Positions 1 to 9,407 of a stretch of 64,000 nucleotides of DNA are shown one piece after another. The stretch is taken from NCBI GenBank assembly GCA_029561455.1, contig JAKQIY010000076.1, forward strand, positions 81,838-145,837, written 5' to 3'. The stretch is from a bacterium. Its GTDB lineage: Bacteria; Zhuqueibacterota; Zhuqueibacteria; Residuimicrobiales; Krinioviventaceae. Within the stretch, counting starts at the first letter, position 1. Each line of letters starts with the position of its first letter. The translations under genes and the position numbers were made by a program. The notes under the pieces are model-generated. The model saw only the letters and a list, made by a program, of their open reading frames with translations. It did not search any database and was not told the origin of the DNA.

Positions 1-2
1 TT

Positions 3-743
3 CGACTCGCCAAGATTATAAATATGGTAACCGTTACATCGGTTAATAGCAGCCTCGATTCCCTGCAGAATATCCGTAATAAAAGTATAATCGCGCCGGC
101 TTTTACCGTCGCCGAACACCGGTATGGGTTTGCCCTTGTCGATCAAATTGGCAAATTTATGTATAGCCATGTCCGGTCGCTGCCTGGGCCCATAAACAGT
201 GAAAAAACGCAGGCAATTAATGGAAATTTTATAGAGTTTATGATAGGTATAACAAACCAGTTCGCCGGCTTTTTTAGTAGCTGCATAAGGCGAAATGGGA
301 TTATCAACGGAATCGCTTTCGCTGAACGGCACTTTTTTATTGGCGCCATAAACCGATGAAGAAGAAGCAAATACAAACCGCGAAATGCCATGCTCGCGGC
401 ACATTTCCAAAAGGTGCATGGTGCCCTGTACGTTTACCCGTTCATATAACAAGGGTTCCAAAATCGAAGGCCGCACCCCGGCACGGGCCGCCAGGTGGAC
501 AATGGCATCAAATTTATGCCCGGTGAATATTTTTTGCAGCAACGGCAGGTCAAGAATATCACCTTCAAGTAATTGATAATTTTTATGCGCAACCAGCCCG
601 GCGATGTTGTTCCGTTTTATGGCAGGATCGTAATAATCATTAAAATTATCAAGACAGACAATTTCATGCCCCTGGTTTACCAAACTTGCACTTAGATGTG
701 AGCCAATAAAACCTGCACCCCCGGTAACCAATAACTTCATCAT
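3..743 (-). CDS. NAD-dependent epimerase/dehydratase (UDP-glucuronate 4-epimerase-like), 3' end truncated by window edge
   Basis: Manual translation of minus strand from ATG at 743/740 gives MMKLLVTGGAGFIGSHL (GxxGxxG), HLAARAGVR, ASSSSVYG and YxxxK (PYAATKKAGE). Absent from the ORF track because there is no stop in the window. Confidence 0.88.
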   Translation of the reverse strand, partial: MMKLLVTGGAGFIGSHLSASLVNQGHEIVCLDNFNDYYDPAIKRNNIAGLVAHKNYQLLEGDILDLPLLQKIFTGHKFDAIVHLAARAGVRPSILEPLLYERVNVQGTMHLLEMCREHGISRFVFASSSSVYGANKKVPFSESDSVDNPISPYAATKKAGELVCYTYHKLYKISINCLRFFTVYGPRQRPDMAIHKFANLIDKGKPIPVFGDGKSRRDYTFITDILQGIEAAINRCNGYHIYNLGES

Positions 744-765
744 CAACCCTTATTAAGTCCAAACC

Positions 766-3084
766 CTAATAATGATAGTAACTATATGTATTATTCAATA
801 TCGCTGTTTCCGAACCATTCAGGATAACGCCAATCAGATTCACATTCACATTACCAAAAACTTCCAGTTTTTCCTGGGCTATCTTTCTGTCGGTTTGCCC
901 GGCTTTGACGACTACGGCCACGGCATCGACCTGGGTGCCGATGACAACACAATCGGTCGCCGCTTCCAGGGGTGGGGCATCGAACAGGATAAAATCAAAT
1001 TTCCGGCGCGCTTCATCGAGGAACTGGCGCATTTGCGGCGAACCCAATAATTCCGATGGATTGGGGATCATTGAACCGCAACTGATTATAGATAAATTGG
1101 GAATATGCGTCTGCTGCACCACGCTGGACAAGGTAACCCGGTTATTCAAATAATTGGTAAAGCCGGGATCCTTTTTCATACCAAATGTATTATGCAACAC
1201 ACCGCGCCGTAAATCGGCGTCGACCAGCAGGGTATTGGTACGCTGCTGGGCAAGGATAATCGCCAGGTTGCTGGCGGTAAACGATTTACCTTCTTCGGGG
1301 CTGATGCTGGTGAGCAGCAGGGTATGAATGCGTCCGGTATTTTTGGAAAACATTAAGTGCGTACGCAGGGCGCGATACGATTCACCAATTGGCGTGGGTG
1401 AATAATCGTGAGTGACCAGTTGCCGGTCGATTTGTTTGGCTTTTTCAAAATCCTGGTATTCTTTAATATTGCCGAACTTGACAATGGGAATAGCGCCCAG
1501 CACCGGTAAATTTAACAGCCGTTCCACATCGCTAAAGGAGCGGATTTTATGGTCGGAAATCTCTAAAAGAAGCGCTATGACCACGCCCAGTATCAAACCC
1601 AAGCCACCGCCGAGTAACACCCGCGACATTTTACTGGGATTGATTGGCGAAGTCGGCGTAATAGCCCGGTCCAGAATGGCAATTTCATTTTCTTCAACCA
1701 CATCGGCCAGCTCCATTTTTTGCATTTCCTGCAGCAACAGAAAATATTTATCTTCGGCAATTTTCTTTTTTCGCTCCAGTTCCATAAACCGGTACTGATC
1801 CTGCGGCAGTAAATTCAATTGTGTTTGAATGCCGGATAAATCGGTGCGGGATTCGGATTCCCGTTTTGCCAGGGTGTTGCGAAAGCTGGAGGCAAAATTG
1901 ATAATATCTTTTTGGGTAAGGCGTATGTTATCCCTGACCTGCAGTAATTCCGGGTGATCGGGCGAGAACTGTTGAAAAAGCCGGTCATATTCTTTTTGCA
2001 ATGCCTGTAATTGCTGTTTAAGGATAGCCATTTTGGTTTCGTTAGCAAACATGGAATTATTGGCAATTTCTGTAACAATAAAACTACGGTATTGGTCGGG
2101 GTCGGGCTCGGAATCGGCTTTATCCAACCGATCCAGGTATTCGGTGAGTTGATTACGTTGGCGGGGCAGATCGCGCAGGGCTTTATCATAATCGGTAAGC
2201 CGATCCAGCAAACGCTGCTTTTCGCCATCCAGACTCAGCGGATAACGTGAATAAAAGTTACGTAATTCCGCCTCGACCGCATTCACTTTATTTTCTGCAG
2301 TCTTTAATTGTTTGGAAATAATATCCCGTTTTAAATCAACATCGCGGGTTTTCAAGTTCATACTTTCATCAACATAAACTTCAGCAATACGATTCAGCTT
2401 TTGGGGCAAAAGTTCCGGATCGGTGCCATTCATTTGCAGGATCATATATGAACCGCCGCCAAAAAAATCCACGCTTAAATCGCGGGATATTGCATCGGCA
2501 GCTTTATCAATCGGTACTACTTTAAAACCTATTTCTTTGGGAAACTCAACAGCATGAGGCTGCAACTGGAAGGTAACTCCGTTGCCGCTGCGTTCTTCGG
2601 CTACAGCATCCCACACATTGGCGCTGTCAAGGACTGTTCCACCGGTGCTGTCCATAAAGACAAAATAGTAATTGCCGGCTTCATCGATTGTGATCTTGTA
2701 TTTGCCGGTTACCGGTTCCTCGCTGGTATAGTATTTAAAAAATAGTTCATCGGCGCTTTTAAGAGAAGTATCCTGAAGCACAATCGCCAAACCAAGCTGG
2801 GCCGTTACCCGGTTGATGAACGTACGGCTGCGGATTTCGCCTTTGCGCTCATTATTCCAAAACTGTCCCGCGTCCTGGTCGATCGAACGAATTTTCAAAT
2901 TTACATAAGCCCGGTAAATGGGCACCTGGTTCCTGGCCTTTAAATAAAAAGGAATGGCAACCAGTATCATGCACAAAATAATTAATATTTTTCTTTTCCA
3001 AATACCTTTAATATACTTTTGGAAATCTATTTGCGAAACACTTGCCGTCTCCGCAGGTGTATGCAGGCTATCTAATTCTTCCAT
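766..3084 (-). CDS. wzc: Wzc-like polysaccharide co-polymerase / BY tyrosine autokinase
   Basis: Two TM segments flanking a coiled-coil region; ESYRALRT; Walker A SISPEEGKS; LVDADLRR; FDAPP; C-terminal Tyr cluster TYSYYHY. Confidence 0.93.
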   Translation of the reverse strand: MEELDSLHTPAETASVSQIDFQKYIKGIWKRKILIILCMILVAIPFYLKARNQVPIYRAYVNLKIRSIDQDAGQFWNNERKGEIRSRTFINRVTAQLGLAIVLQDTSLKSADELFFKYYTSEEPVTGKYKITIDEAGNYYFVFMDSTGGTVLDSANVWDAVAEERSGNGVTFQLQPHAVEFPKEIGFKVVPIDKAADAISRDLSVDFFGGGSYMILQMNGTDPELLPQKLNRIAEVYVDESMNLKTRDVDLKRDIISKQLKTAENKVNAVEAELRNFYSRYPLSLDGEKQRLLDRLTDYDKALRDLPRQRNQLTEYLDRLDKADSEPDPDQYRSFIVTEIANNSMFANETKMAILKQQLQALQKEYDRLFQQFSPDHPELLQVRDNIRLTQKDIINFASSFRNTLAKRESESRTDLSGIQTQLNLLPQDQYRFMELERKKKIAEDKYFLLLQEMQKMELADVVEENEIAILDRAITPTSPINPSKMSRVLLGGGLGLILGVVIALLLEISDHKIRSFSDVERLLNLPVLGAIPIVKFGNIKEYQDFEKAKQIDRQLVTHDYSPTPIGESYRALRTHLMFSKNTGRIHTLLLTSISPEEGKSFTASNLAIILAQQRTNTLLVDADLRRGVLHNTFGMKKDPGFTNYLNNRVTLSSVVQQTHIPNLSIISCGSMIPNPSELLGSPQMRQFLDEARRKFDFILFDAPPLEAATDCVVIGTQVDAVAVVVKAGQTDRKIAQEKLEVFGNVNVNLIGVILNGSETAILNNTYSYYHY

Positions 3085-3101
3085 AATTCTCTTGATTCAC
3101 A

Positions 3102-3812
3102 TTATTGTTTTAATAGTGTTAAATACAAAATGATCAACGACATACCAAACTGGAAATATCGCATCATACTTCTAAAAGTCGGACGGTTAGCGCGGGGGAC
3201 AACCAATTCGTCTCCCGACTGGAAGCCCAGTTCATAGAGCGAAGTACCCTGCTGAATCGCCTCGACAAAATCTTTGTATATTATCTCATCCTTGCGCATA
3301 ATAAACATATCATTGAGAGCCGACAGAGCATCGAGCCCGCCGACCAGACCGCCGGCCTGTTTAATCATATCCCAAAACGACATATCCAGGCTCATCCGGT
3401 ACATACCGGGTTGCCCGAAATCACCACGCAAAGTTATACGTATTAAAGGCTTGACAACGACCATAGGTTCCCGGGCATAAGGTTTAAACTGTTCCGTCAG
3501 CAATAAACGTATCTCTTCTGCCGTCATTCCGGCGACATGTATACTGCCCAGGGTTAGCAGGTCAACCTGACCAAAGCCGTTTATGACAAACGCTTTATCA
3601 TGAAAATTGGCTACAAATTTGCCCTCGACCGGAGCAAATCCGCCATCGTACACATACAAATGAATAGCATCACCCGGACCGACAATTATTTCTCCCAGAC
3701 GGTCGTCCTGCGAATAGACGCTGCCGGTCAGTATCAAATGCAGTAGAAAACCAATTGCACAACCTTTCAACACTTTCTTCACTCTAAACCTCATACTTGA
3801 GCTGTTAACCAT
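3102..3812 (-). CDS. Polysaccharide export protein (Wza/Poly_export + SLBB)
   Basis: VGPGDAI, LGSIHVAGMT, GDFGQPGMY, AGG, LGFQSGDELVVP motifs; adjacent to wzc. Confidence 0.85.
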   Translation of the reverse strand: MVNSSSMRFRVKKVLKGCAIGFLLHLILTGSVYSQDDRLGEIIVGPGDAIHLYVYDGGFAPVEGKFVANFHDKAFVINGFGQVDLLTLGSIHVAGMTAEEIRLLLTEQFKPYAREPMVVVKPLIRITLRGDFGQPGMYRMSLDMSFWDMIKQAGGLVGGLDALSALNDMFIMRKDEIIYKDFVEAIQQGTSLYELGFQSGDELVVPRANRPTFRSMMRYFQFGMSLIILYLTLLKQ

Positions 3813-3820
3813 ATAATCTT

Positions 3821-4546
3821 TTAGCGGGAACGGTAAAAACGATACCGTTTAGCTTTGGATTCAAGATTCATTTTCTTTAAAGTTGCCCGTAGTTTGAAAT
3901 AGCCGATTTTGGTAAATCCAAACCGTTGCGATTTCAACTCTTTACAAATACTCATCACTCCCCCCATTGGATTCTCGATAACTATCTTTTTGATCTTTTC
4001 AGTAACAGGCAGATCAGCTTCCTCAATAGCCAGTTTGCGTTTGCTGAAAGAAGCAGATTTGGGTACAGCAATACCTTTTTCATGACGGCGGGCAGCAATA
4101 GCTTCGATTTCATCTTCAGTGGGGGTTGAATCGCTTTCCTGAATTTCTGTTAAGGCGCCATTATGCGGTGAAGTAAATTTTAAACCACGGCAATAATCAA
4201 AATCATCTATTGCCTCTTCCAGAGAGTCATAACTGGTCAGGATGCGGTTGAATTCCAGCATTTCAAACACTTCATAAACATCGGGCGTCATTTGGGTAAT
4301 TTTAAGATCGCCGCCCTTTTCGCGCAAACCGCGAATTTCACCAACAAAGATACCCCACCCTGCGCTGCTGACATAATGCACACCACCCAGATCAATGATA
4401 AACTGGTTATTGCCCTGATTGATCTGTTCAGCCAGGGTCTTTTGCAGATCGGGTGAAGTTGTCGTATCGATATAACCGCTTACACGCAATAATATAATAT
4501 CTTTTAATGCACCTATTCTATATAAACTTTTCTCAATACCTTCCAT
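3821..4546 (-). CDS. STAS-domain anti-sigma-factor antagonist with C-terminal basic, HTH-like extension
   Basis: GYIDTTTS...IIDLGGVHYVSSAGWG (conserved phospho-Ser motif) in the first ~115 aa, then an acidic linker and a ~65 aa Lys/Arg-rich domain. Confidence 0.85.
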   Translation of the reverse strand: MEGIEKSLYRIGALKDIILLRVSGYIDTTTSPDLQKTLAEQINQGNNQFIIDLGGVHYVSSAGWGIFVGEIRGLREKGGDLKITQMTPDVYEVFEMLEFNRILTSYDSLEEAIDDFDYCRGLKFTSPHNGALTEIQESDSTPTEDEIEAIAARRHEKGIAVPKSASFSKRKLAIEEADLPVTEKIKKIVIENPMGGVMSICKELKSQRFGFTKIGYFKLRATLKKMNLESKAKRYRFYRSR

Positions 4547-4601
4547 GCCCTGCCCAAGTACGAATTCTTTATGTTTGTATGTAATTTATTTATTCAAAAA
4601 A

Positions 4602-4617
4602 AGCAAAGTTAATGCCA
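4602..4617 (-). promoter_or_regulatory. sigma54 (-24/-12) promoter upstream of the STAS-wza-wzc-epimerase operon
   Basis: Minus strand reads TGGCATTAACTTTGCT = GG-N10-GC, matching TGGCAC-N5-TTGCW; about 55 bp before the STAS ATG, with a very AT-rich tract upstream. Confidence 0.7.
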
Positions 4618-4757
4618 GTGATAAAACTGTTAATAATTAATTTATAAAAATTTTAAAATAGATTTCATTTATCATTCTTATTTTTATTGAACTTAGACAA
4701 CCAATCATTACGCCTGTTCATTGCGGTATTGCCCAAAAATCACAAGGGCATAAAAAT

Positions 4758-4851
4758 GCCGTTCTTTTTTACTGATATTGTTATAGCGCGAAACACTTTT
4801 GACTCATACCAAAACAATATCAGTATGACAATAACATCCATCAAGAACGGC
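4758..4851. repeat. Nested inverted repeats in the glgA / EPS operon intergenic region
   Basis: GCCGTTCTT (4758-4766) pairs with AAGAACGGC (4843-4851); TACTGATATTGTT (4770-4782) pairs with AACAATATCAGTA (4813-4825). Confidence 0.6.
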
Positions 4852-4862
4852 GCAAAAATAGT

Positions 4863-6356
4863 CTATTTATGTTTTTTATTATTTACCAGCGATAAATATG
4901 TTTTAACATATTTTTCTGCAGCTACAGACCATGAATAATCGGCGCGCATACCGCGTTTGATCAGCTTTTGCCAGTTCTTTTGATCATTATAAACAGCAAC
5001 AGCACGTTTGATGGCATCTACCATATCTTTTTTATTATATGGTGTAAACGAAAAACCATTACTGTTTTCCGGATCCTGATCATAATCGATTATTGTATCT
5101 TTCAAACCTCCTGTGCTGCGTACAATCGGTACAGTTCCATATTTTAAACTATACATCTGATTCAAGCCGCAGGGTTCATAACGGGACGGCATTAAAAACA
5201 TATCGCTGCCCGCTTCAATCAAATGCGCCAGGTCATTGTCGAACTGTAAAAAGAGCGCAACGTTTTTCGGAAAAGTTTTACAAATCTTTTGCAAGGCGTC
5301 GTGATAAGCCGGTTCACCCAAACCCAATATCACCAGACGAACATCCAGGGCGATAATATCTTTAATAGCAGCCTGAAGTAAATCAAAACCCTTTTGCCCT
5401 GCCAGCCGCGACACCATGCCGATCAGGGGTTTGTTGTCATTGGTCGGGAAATTACATTTTTCCAGTAATTTAAGCTTATTATGAGCCTTGCTTTCCGGTT
5501 TGTTATGGGAATATTTTTCAGCAATCAATGAATCCGTTTCGGGATTCCACTCGGAATAATCGACGCCGTTCAAAATACCTTCAAAATCTTTATTGCGCGA
5601 TTTTAAATAGTCGGTCATTCCAGCGCCAATCTCCGGATCGGTGAGAACTTCATCGGCATACGCCTGGCTGACCGTGACAATTTTATCGGCTGTGAGAATA
5701 CCGGCTTTTAAGAAATTTATACTATTATGATGTTTTAAATCGCTTATTCCATCCTTGTAATTATCACCAATTCCCAGTAATTCCAGGTTATCGGCTGTAA
5801 AGTTACCCTGGTAGGCCATATTATGAATAGATAAAACAGTAGAACAATTGGCATAAAAGGGATCTTTATTGAATTCATGTTTTAAATACCACGGTACAAG
5901 TCCGGTCTGCCAGTCATTACAATGGATAATTTGTGGTTCCCAATGCAGCAATTTTATTGTTTCCAGGGCTGCTTTACAAAACAAACCGAATCTTTCTGCA
6001 TTATCAGGCAGGTCGGTTCCAGTTTCGGGGTCGACATACAAATCATTACCACCGAAAAAAGGTTTGTATTCAAGAAAATAGACCTGTACTTTGGAATCGG
6101 GAATAAAAGCCGATTTGGCGCAGGCAATATGATCGTTTTCCCCCAATTTTATTTTAACCCGTTTCAAACGTATGACTTCACGCAAAACATATTTCCGGTC
6201 GTTAATACAACCATATTTGGGCATAATTACGCGAATATCATGCCCCATATCATAAAGAGCTTTGGGCAGGGCGCTGGAGACATCCGCCAGACCACCTGTC
6301 TTGGCAAAAGGAGCTACTTCGGATGATAAAAATAAAATTCTTAGCCTGGTTTTCAT
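4863..6356 (-). CDS. glgA: Glycogen synthase
   Basis: KTGGLADV, IHCNDWQT, IHNMAYQG, SRLAGQKG, PSRYEPCGLNQ motifs. Confidence 0.96.
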   Translation of the reverse strand: MKTRLRILFLSSEVAPFAKTGGLADVSSALPKALYDMGHDIRVIMPKYGCINDRKYVLREVIRLKRVKIKLGENDHIACAKSAFIPDSKVQVYFLEYKPFFGGNDLYVDPETGTDLPDNAERFGLFCKAALETIKLLHWEPQIIHCNDWQTGLVPWYLKHEFNKDPFYANCSTVLSIHNMAYQGNFTADNLELLGIGDNYKDGISDLKHHNSINFLKAGILTADKIVTVSQAYADEVLTDPEIGAGMTDYLKSRNKDFEGILNGVDYSEWNPETDSLIAEKYSHNKPESKAHNKLKLLEKCNFPTNDNKPLIGMVSRLAGQKGFDLLQAAIKDIIALDVRLVILGLGEPAYHDALQKICKTFPKNVALFLQFDNDLAHLIEAGSDMFLMPSRYEPCGLNQMYSLKYGTVPIVRSTGGLKDTIIDYDQDPENSNGFSFTPYNKKDMVDAIKRAVAVYNDQKNWQKLIKRGMRADYSWSVAAEKYVKTYLSLVNNKKHK

Positions 6357-6469
6357 ACTATACCTTATTTATCATGACAATGGGGCGTATCACTCTATTA
6401 CAGCAGAATTTATATTAATTCCATCAGAACAGATACTTATAATTTAGCAAAATTTCCATCAAAATCAAT

Positions 6470-6495
6470 AAAAAAGGGTAACGCCCGTTACCCTT
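6470..6495 (-). terminator. Rho-independent terminator after cpoB
   Basis: AAGGGTAAC-gccc-GTTACCCTT stem with a T-run on the minus strand. Confidence 0.7.
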
Positions 6496-6518
6496 GAATT
6501 ATTTCCATAAAAGACGGT

Positions 6519-7310
6519 TTACAACCGGGATAAATAAGTCTGCGCTCGTGAGACATATTCGCTATCGGGATAATTGGAAATTAATTTTTCGAATTCACTT
6601 CTGGCCCGGTCTTTATTGTCGAGACGTAAATAACATAACCCGACTTTTAATTGCGCGGAATCAAGTTTATTCGATGAACTATAGGTAAATACTTTTTGGA
6701 ATTCCAAAATAGCTTGATTAAAATCGCCCAGGGCATAATAACATTCACCCTTCCAATACTGGCAGTTATCAACCAAAGTATTAGCAGTGTTTCCGGTCAT
6801 TAATTCATCAAAACTCTGAATAGCCTGACGATAACTACGGTTTCTATACAAACTTAAAGCCGCTTCATAACGTCCTTTAAAAGAGTTGTCGGCAGCGCCG
6901 GCAGCGGGTTTGGACGGTGTCGTTGCCATCTGATTTTGCAATTCCTGAATGCGCCGGTCGCGTTCGGCCAACTCGGCTTTTAAAGTTGCCAGTTCTGTTT
7001 CTTTACGTTTAGCTTCAGCTTCTAATTGGTTGACCGGCACGGCGCCAGAATCGGAAAACTCGGTTTGCGGTATAGTTTGAGAGTTGTCGTCCTCGGTTAT
7101 CCCTAATAATCGCAATACTTCAGCCTCATCGGAAGAGGCGTCCAGATCGCTTAATGCCTGGTTATCCAATTCTTCCAGGCTTTCATCGCTAAACAATTCA
7201 TCATCAAAACCCTGGTTGCCGGCACCGGTACTGGCACAGGACCCCAGATATAACATGGAAACGATGCTTAACAGCAAAATGAGCCAGGGCATGTATTTTT
7301 TTGTTTTCAT
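6519..7310 (-). CDS. cpoB: CpoB/YbgF-like TPR lipoprotein
   Basis: Lipobox LGSC, coiled coil, three TPRs (DNCQYWKGECYY, AQLKVGLCY, YPDSEY). Confidence 0.78.
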   Translation of the reverse strand: MKTKKYMPWLILLLSIVSMLYLGSCASTGAGNQGFDDELFSDESLEELDNQALSDLDASSDEAEVLRLLGITEDDNSQTIPQTEFSDSGAVPVNQLEAEAKRKETELATLKAELAERDRRIQELQNQMATTPSKPAAGAADNSFKGRYEAALSLYRNRSYRQAIQSFDELMTGNTANTLVDNCQYWKGECYYALGDFNQAILEFQKVFTYSSSNKLDSAQLKVGLCYLRLDNKDRARSEFEKLISNYPDSEYVSRAQTYLSRL

Positions 7311-8473
7311 TCTTCACTCCTGCTTTGTTTTCGTAATACCAAAAAAGTTGCTGCGCCCCAGCTGATTGCGGTTAATGCTTTGACAGCAGTCCGCCAAATC
7401 GGGGCATTTTTTATTAAAGTAACTTCTATCGGTCTCTTTGGTAAACCGGAATAACCGATACCTGTTAAATCATCGGTAATTGCGACAATAAAATACTCCA
7501 AACCACCAACATCAATTTGATCTTTATCCAGAACTGCGCTGTAATCGGTGCCCTGGATTGTTTCCATTTTCAATACATTCCAGTTCTTATTTACATCTGT
7601 CCTGAACAGAACAGCGACTATGCGCAAAGGAATTGTGGAAAACACCTGCGCCTTTAATTTCAAGTCGCTTCCCTGCTCCGCCTGGAACACCGGTTTATGC
7701 TTGACCAGCGGCTTTTTATAGTCAAAATCTACCGGCACTCCCCCTTCAGGAATGCCATCATGATCCATATAAGCATTACGGTCTTCCGGGTGCATCGGGT
7801 CAACATCCAGCTTTATCGGTATAAAATCCCGATCCTGATCTTTTTTATTTTCAACCGGTAAATAATAGTTAATGCCGAGTGCAGCGCCGATAATACCATC
7901 ATTTTCATCGCCGCTGATGATCTGATCCAGGCGGTCGGTAAATGTATACTTGTAATCCACTTCAAGCAGGACGCTGAATTTTTCTTCAATACGGAACTCT
8001 AGTCCGCCGCCAAATTTTATAAAAGAGTTGAGTCGCTTTGTTGTTTGGCCATTTATGACAAGCAGTTTATTATCAAAAGTAGTTTGATACCATAAACCCC
8101 CGGCGCCGATAAAGGAATAAGGATTAACACGTTTTAGCGGTAATATATTCATACGCAGCGCCAGATCAAATGGCATTATACTGGTCTTGAATTTCTCTGC
8201 TTCAATGTAACTGCTGTTAAGACGTACCGCATCACGATTGGTGCGCAGAGTATTATAACCGACCTGGCTGCAAAGTAACAGATAGGGATTCGGACTATAC
8301 CCAACAAACAAGGAAATGTCGGGCGTTAATACCGGGCCGTTCCAATCACCTTCAAGCCTTGCCGCCCCAAATTTAAGGCCGGCGCCAAAACGGGGATCAT
8401 AAGCAAATACGATTGAATGATTGTTGTAACAAAATAAAATGAGAATCATTACTATCAGGAGTTTTTTTATCAA
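7307..8473 (-). CDS. Outer-membrane beta-barrel protein with degenerate Ca-binding (TSP3-like) segment and C-terminal Ig-like domain
   Basis: Signal peptide; OmpA-like barrel motifs (VNPYSFIGAG, FGGGLEF, YTFTDRLD, LGINYY); DQDRD...PEDRNAYMDHDGIPE. Confidence 0.65.
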   Translation of the reverse strand: MIKKLLIVMILILFCYNNHSIVFAYDPRFGAGLKFGAARLEGDWNGPVLTPDISLFVGYSPNPYLLLCSQVGYNTLRTNRDAVRLNSSYIEAEKFKTSIMPFDLALRMNILPLKRVNPYSFIGAGGLWYQTTFDNKLLVINGQTTKRLNSFIKFGGGLEFRIEEKFSVLLEVDYKYTFTDRLDQIISGDENDGIIGAALGINYYLPVENKKDQDRDFIPIKLDVDPMHPEDRNAYMDHDGIPEGGVPVDFDYKKPLVKHKPVFQAEQGSDLKLKAQVFSTIPLRIVAVLFRTDVNKNWNVLKMETIQGTDYSAVLDKDQIDVGGLEYFIVAITDDLTGIGYSGLPKRPIEVTLIKNAPIWRTAVKALTAISWGAATFLVLRKQSRSEE

Positions 8474-8513
8474 TTGATAACTTTCCCTAGCAAGTCTTCA
8501 TGTTATTTTATTA

Positions 8514-8542
8514 AATTTATTAAAGTTATACTAAAAAGTCAA
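8514..8542 (-). promoter_or_regulatory. sigma70-like promoter
   Basis: TTGACT-N17-TAAATT on the minus strand upstream of the OMP gene. Confidence 0.55.
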
Positions 8543-8575
8543 GAATTTTCTGAAAACAGAAAATTTGTTACTATT

Positions 8576-9391
8576 TCATTCTTTCTTTTTTGTATAACAG
8601 ACAATTAACAGCACAATTCCCAACATAATAAATACAAGGCTAATGCCCTGGTTTAAACTAATGCCCTTTTCACCAACGGTGAAAATAATCATACCGGACT
8701 CGTAAAAGCGGAATAAATCAATAGTAAACCGTTTTATGCCATACAAAATAAAAAACAGATACAATAAAAAGCCGTCAAATCTTTTCCATCTTTCTGCATA
8801 TAACAAAATTCCGAATATGATTAATCCAGCCAGGGAAGAATATAATTGCGTTGGAATGAGGGCGGTATCCGGAAATGTAAAACCTGCGGCGCTGTTGGAT
8901 GGAAAAATAAAGCAGAAATGACCAGGCCCGTGAGCTTCGCATGGTAAACCAAAACAACAGCCATTAAAAAAGCAGCCTATACGGGTTAAAAAGATGCCCA
9001 AACCGACGCTGGGTATGACCACATCGGCAAATTTTAAAAATGGCAGTTTTTTTACTCTTAAAAATATTATCGACGAGATAAAACAAAGGATAACACCGCC
9101 AAGCAGGGTAAGGCCGCCCATCCCGATAGTACCGTCGCTTTGAAACGGACTGATAGCATCAATCCAGTGACCGCGAAATTCTTCCGGGTGATAGACAACA
9201 TACAAAAAACGCGAACCGACTATGGCGCTGATAATCAATATCACCGATAGATCCATAATAGTGTTAGGATCGAGCCCAACTTTTTTTGCCCGACGAATGG
9301 CTAAAAATATTCCAAAAAGAAAAGAAAGCGCCAGCATAACGCCATAAGCACGAATCTCAAATGCGCCGAGTTTAACTAATACCGGGTGCAA
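8576..9391 (-). CDS. lgt: Prolipoprotein diacylglyceryl transferase
   Basis: MHPVL..LG..IRAYG, GSRFLYV, TRIGCFFNGCCFG, PTQLY, RFTIDLFR. Confidence 0.93.
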   Translation of the reverse strand: MHPVLVKLGAFEIRAYGVMLALSFLFGIFLAIRRAKKVGLDPNTIMDLSVILIISAIVGSRFLYVVYHPEEFRGHWIDAISPFQSDGTIGMGGLTLLGGVILCFISSIIFLRVKKLPFLKFADVVIPSVGLGIFLTRIGCFFNGCCFGLPCEAHGPGHFCFIFPSNSAAGFTFPDTALIPTQLYSSLAGLIIFGILLYAERWKRFDGFLLYLFFILYGIKRFTIDLFRFYESGMIIFTVGEKGISLNQGISLVFIMLGIVLLIVCYTKKKE

Positions 9392-9407
9392 ATTTTCCTC
9401 CTGTTCT

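Noticed and set aside
4687-4938. 83-aa plus-strand ORF in the STAS/glgA intergenic region
   Set aside because: TTG start without RBS, overlaps the glgA 3' end in antisense, no motifs; the region is better explained as regulatory.
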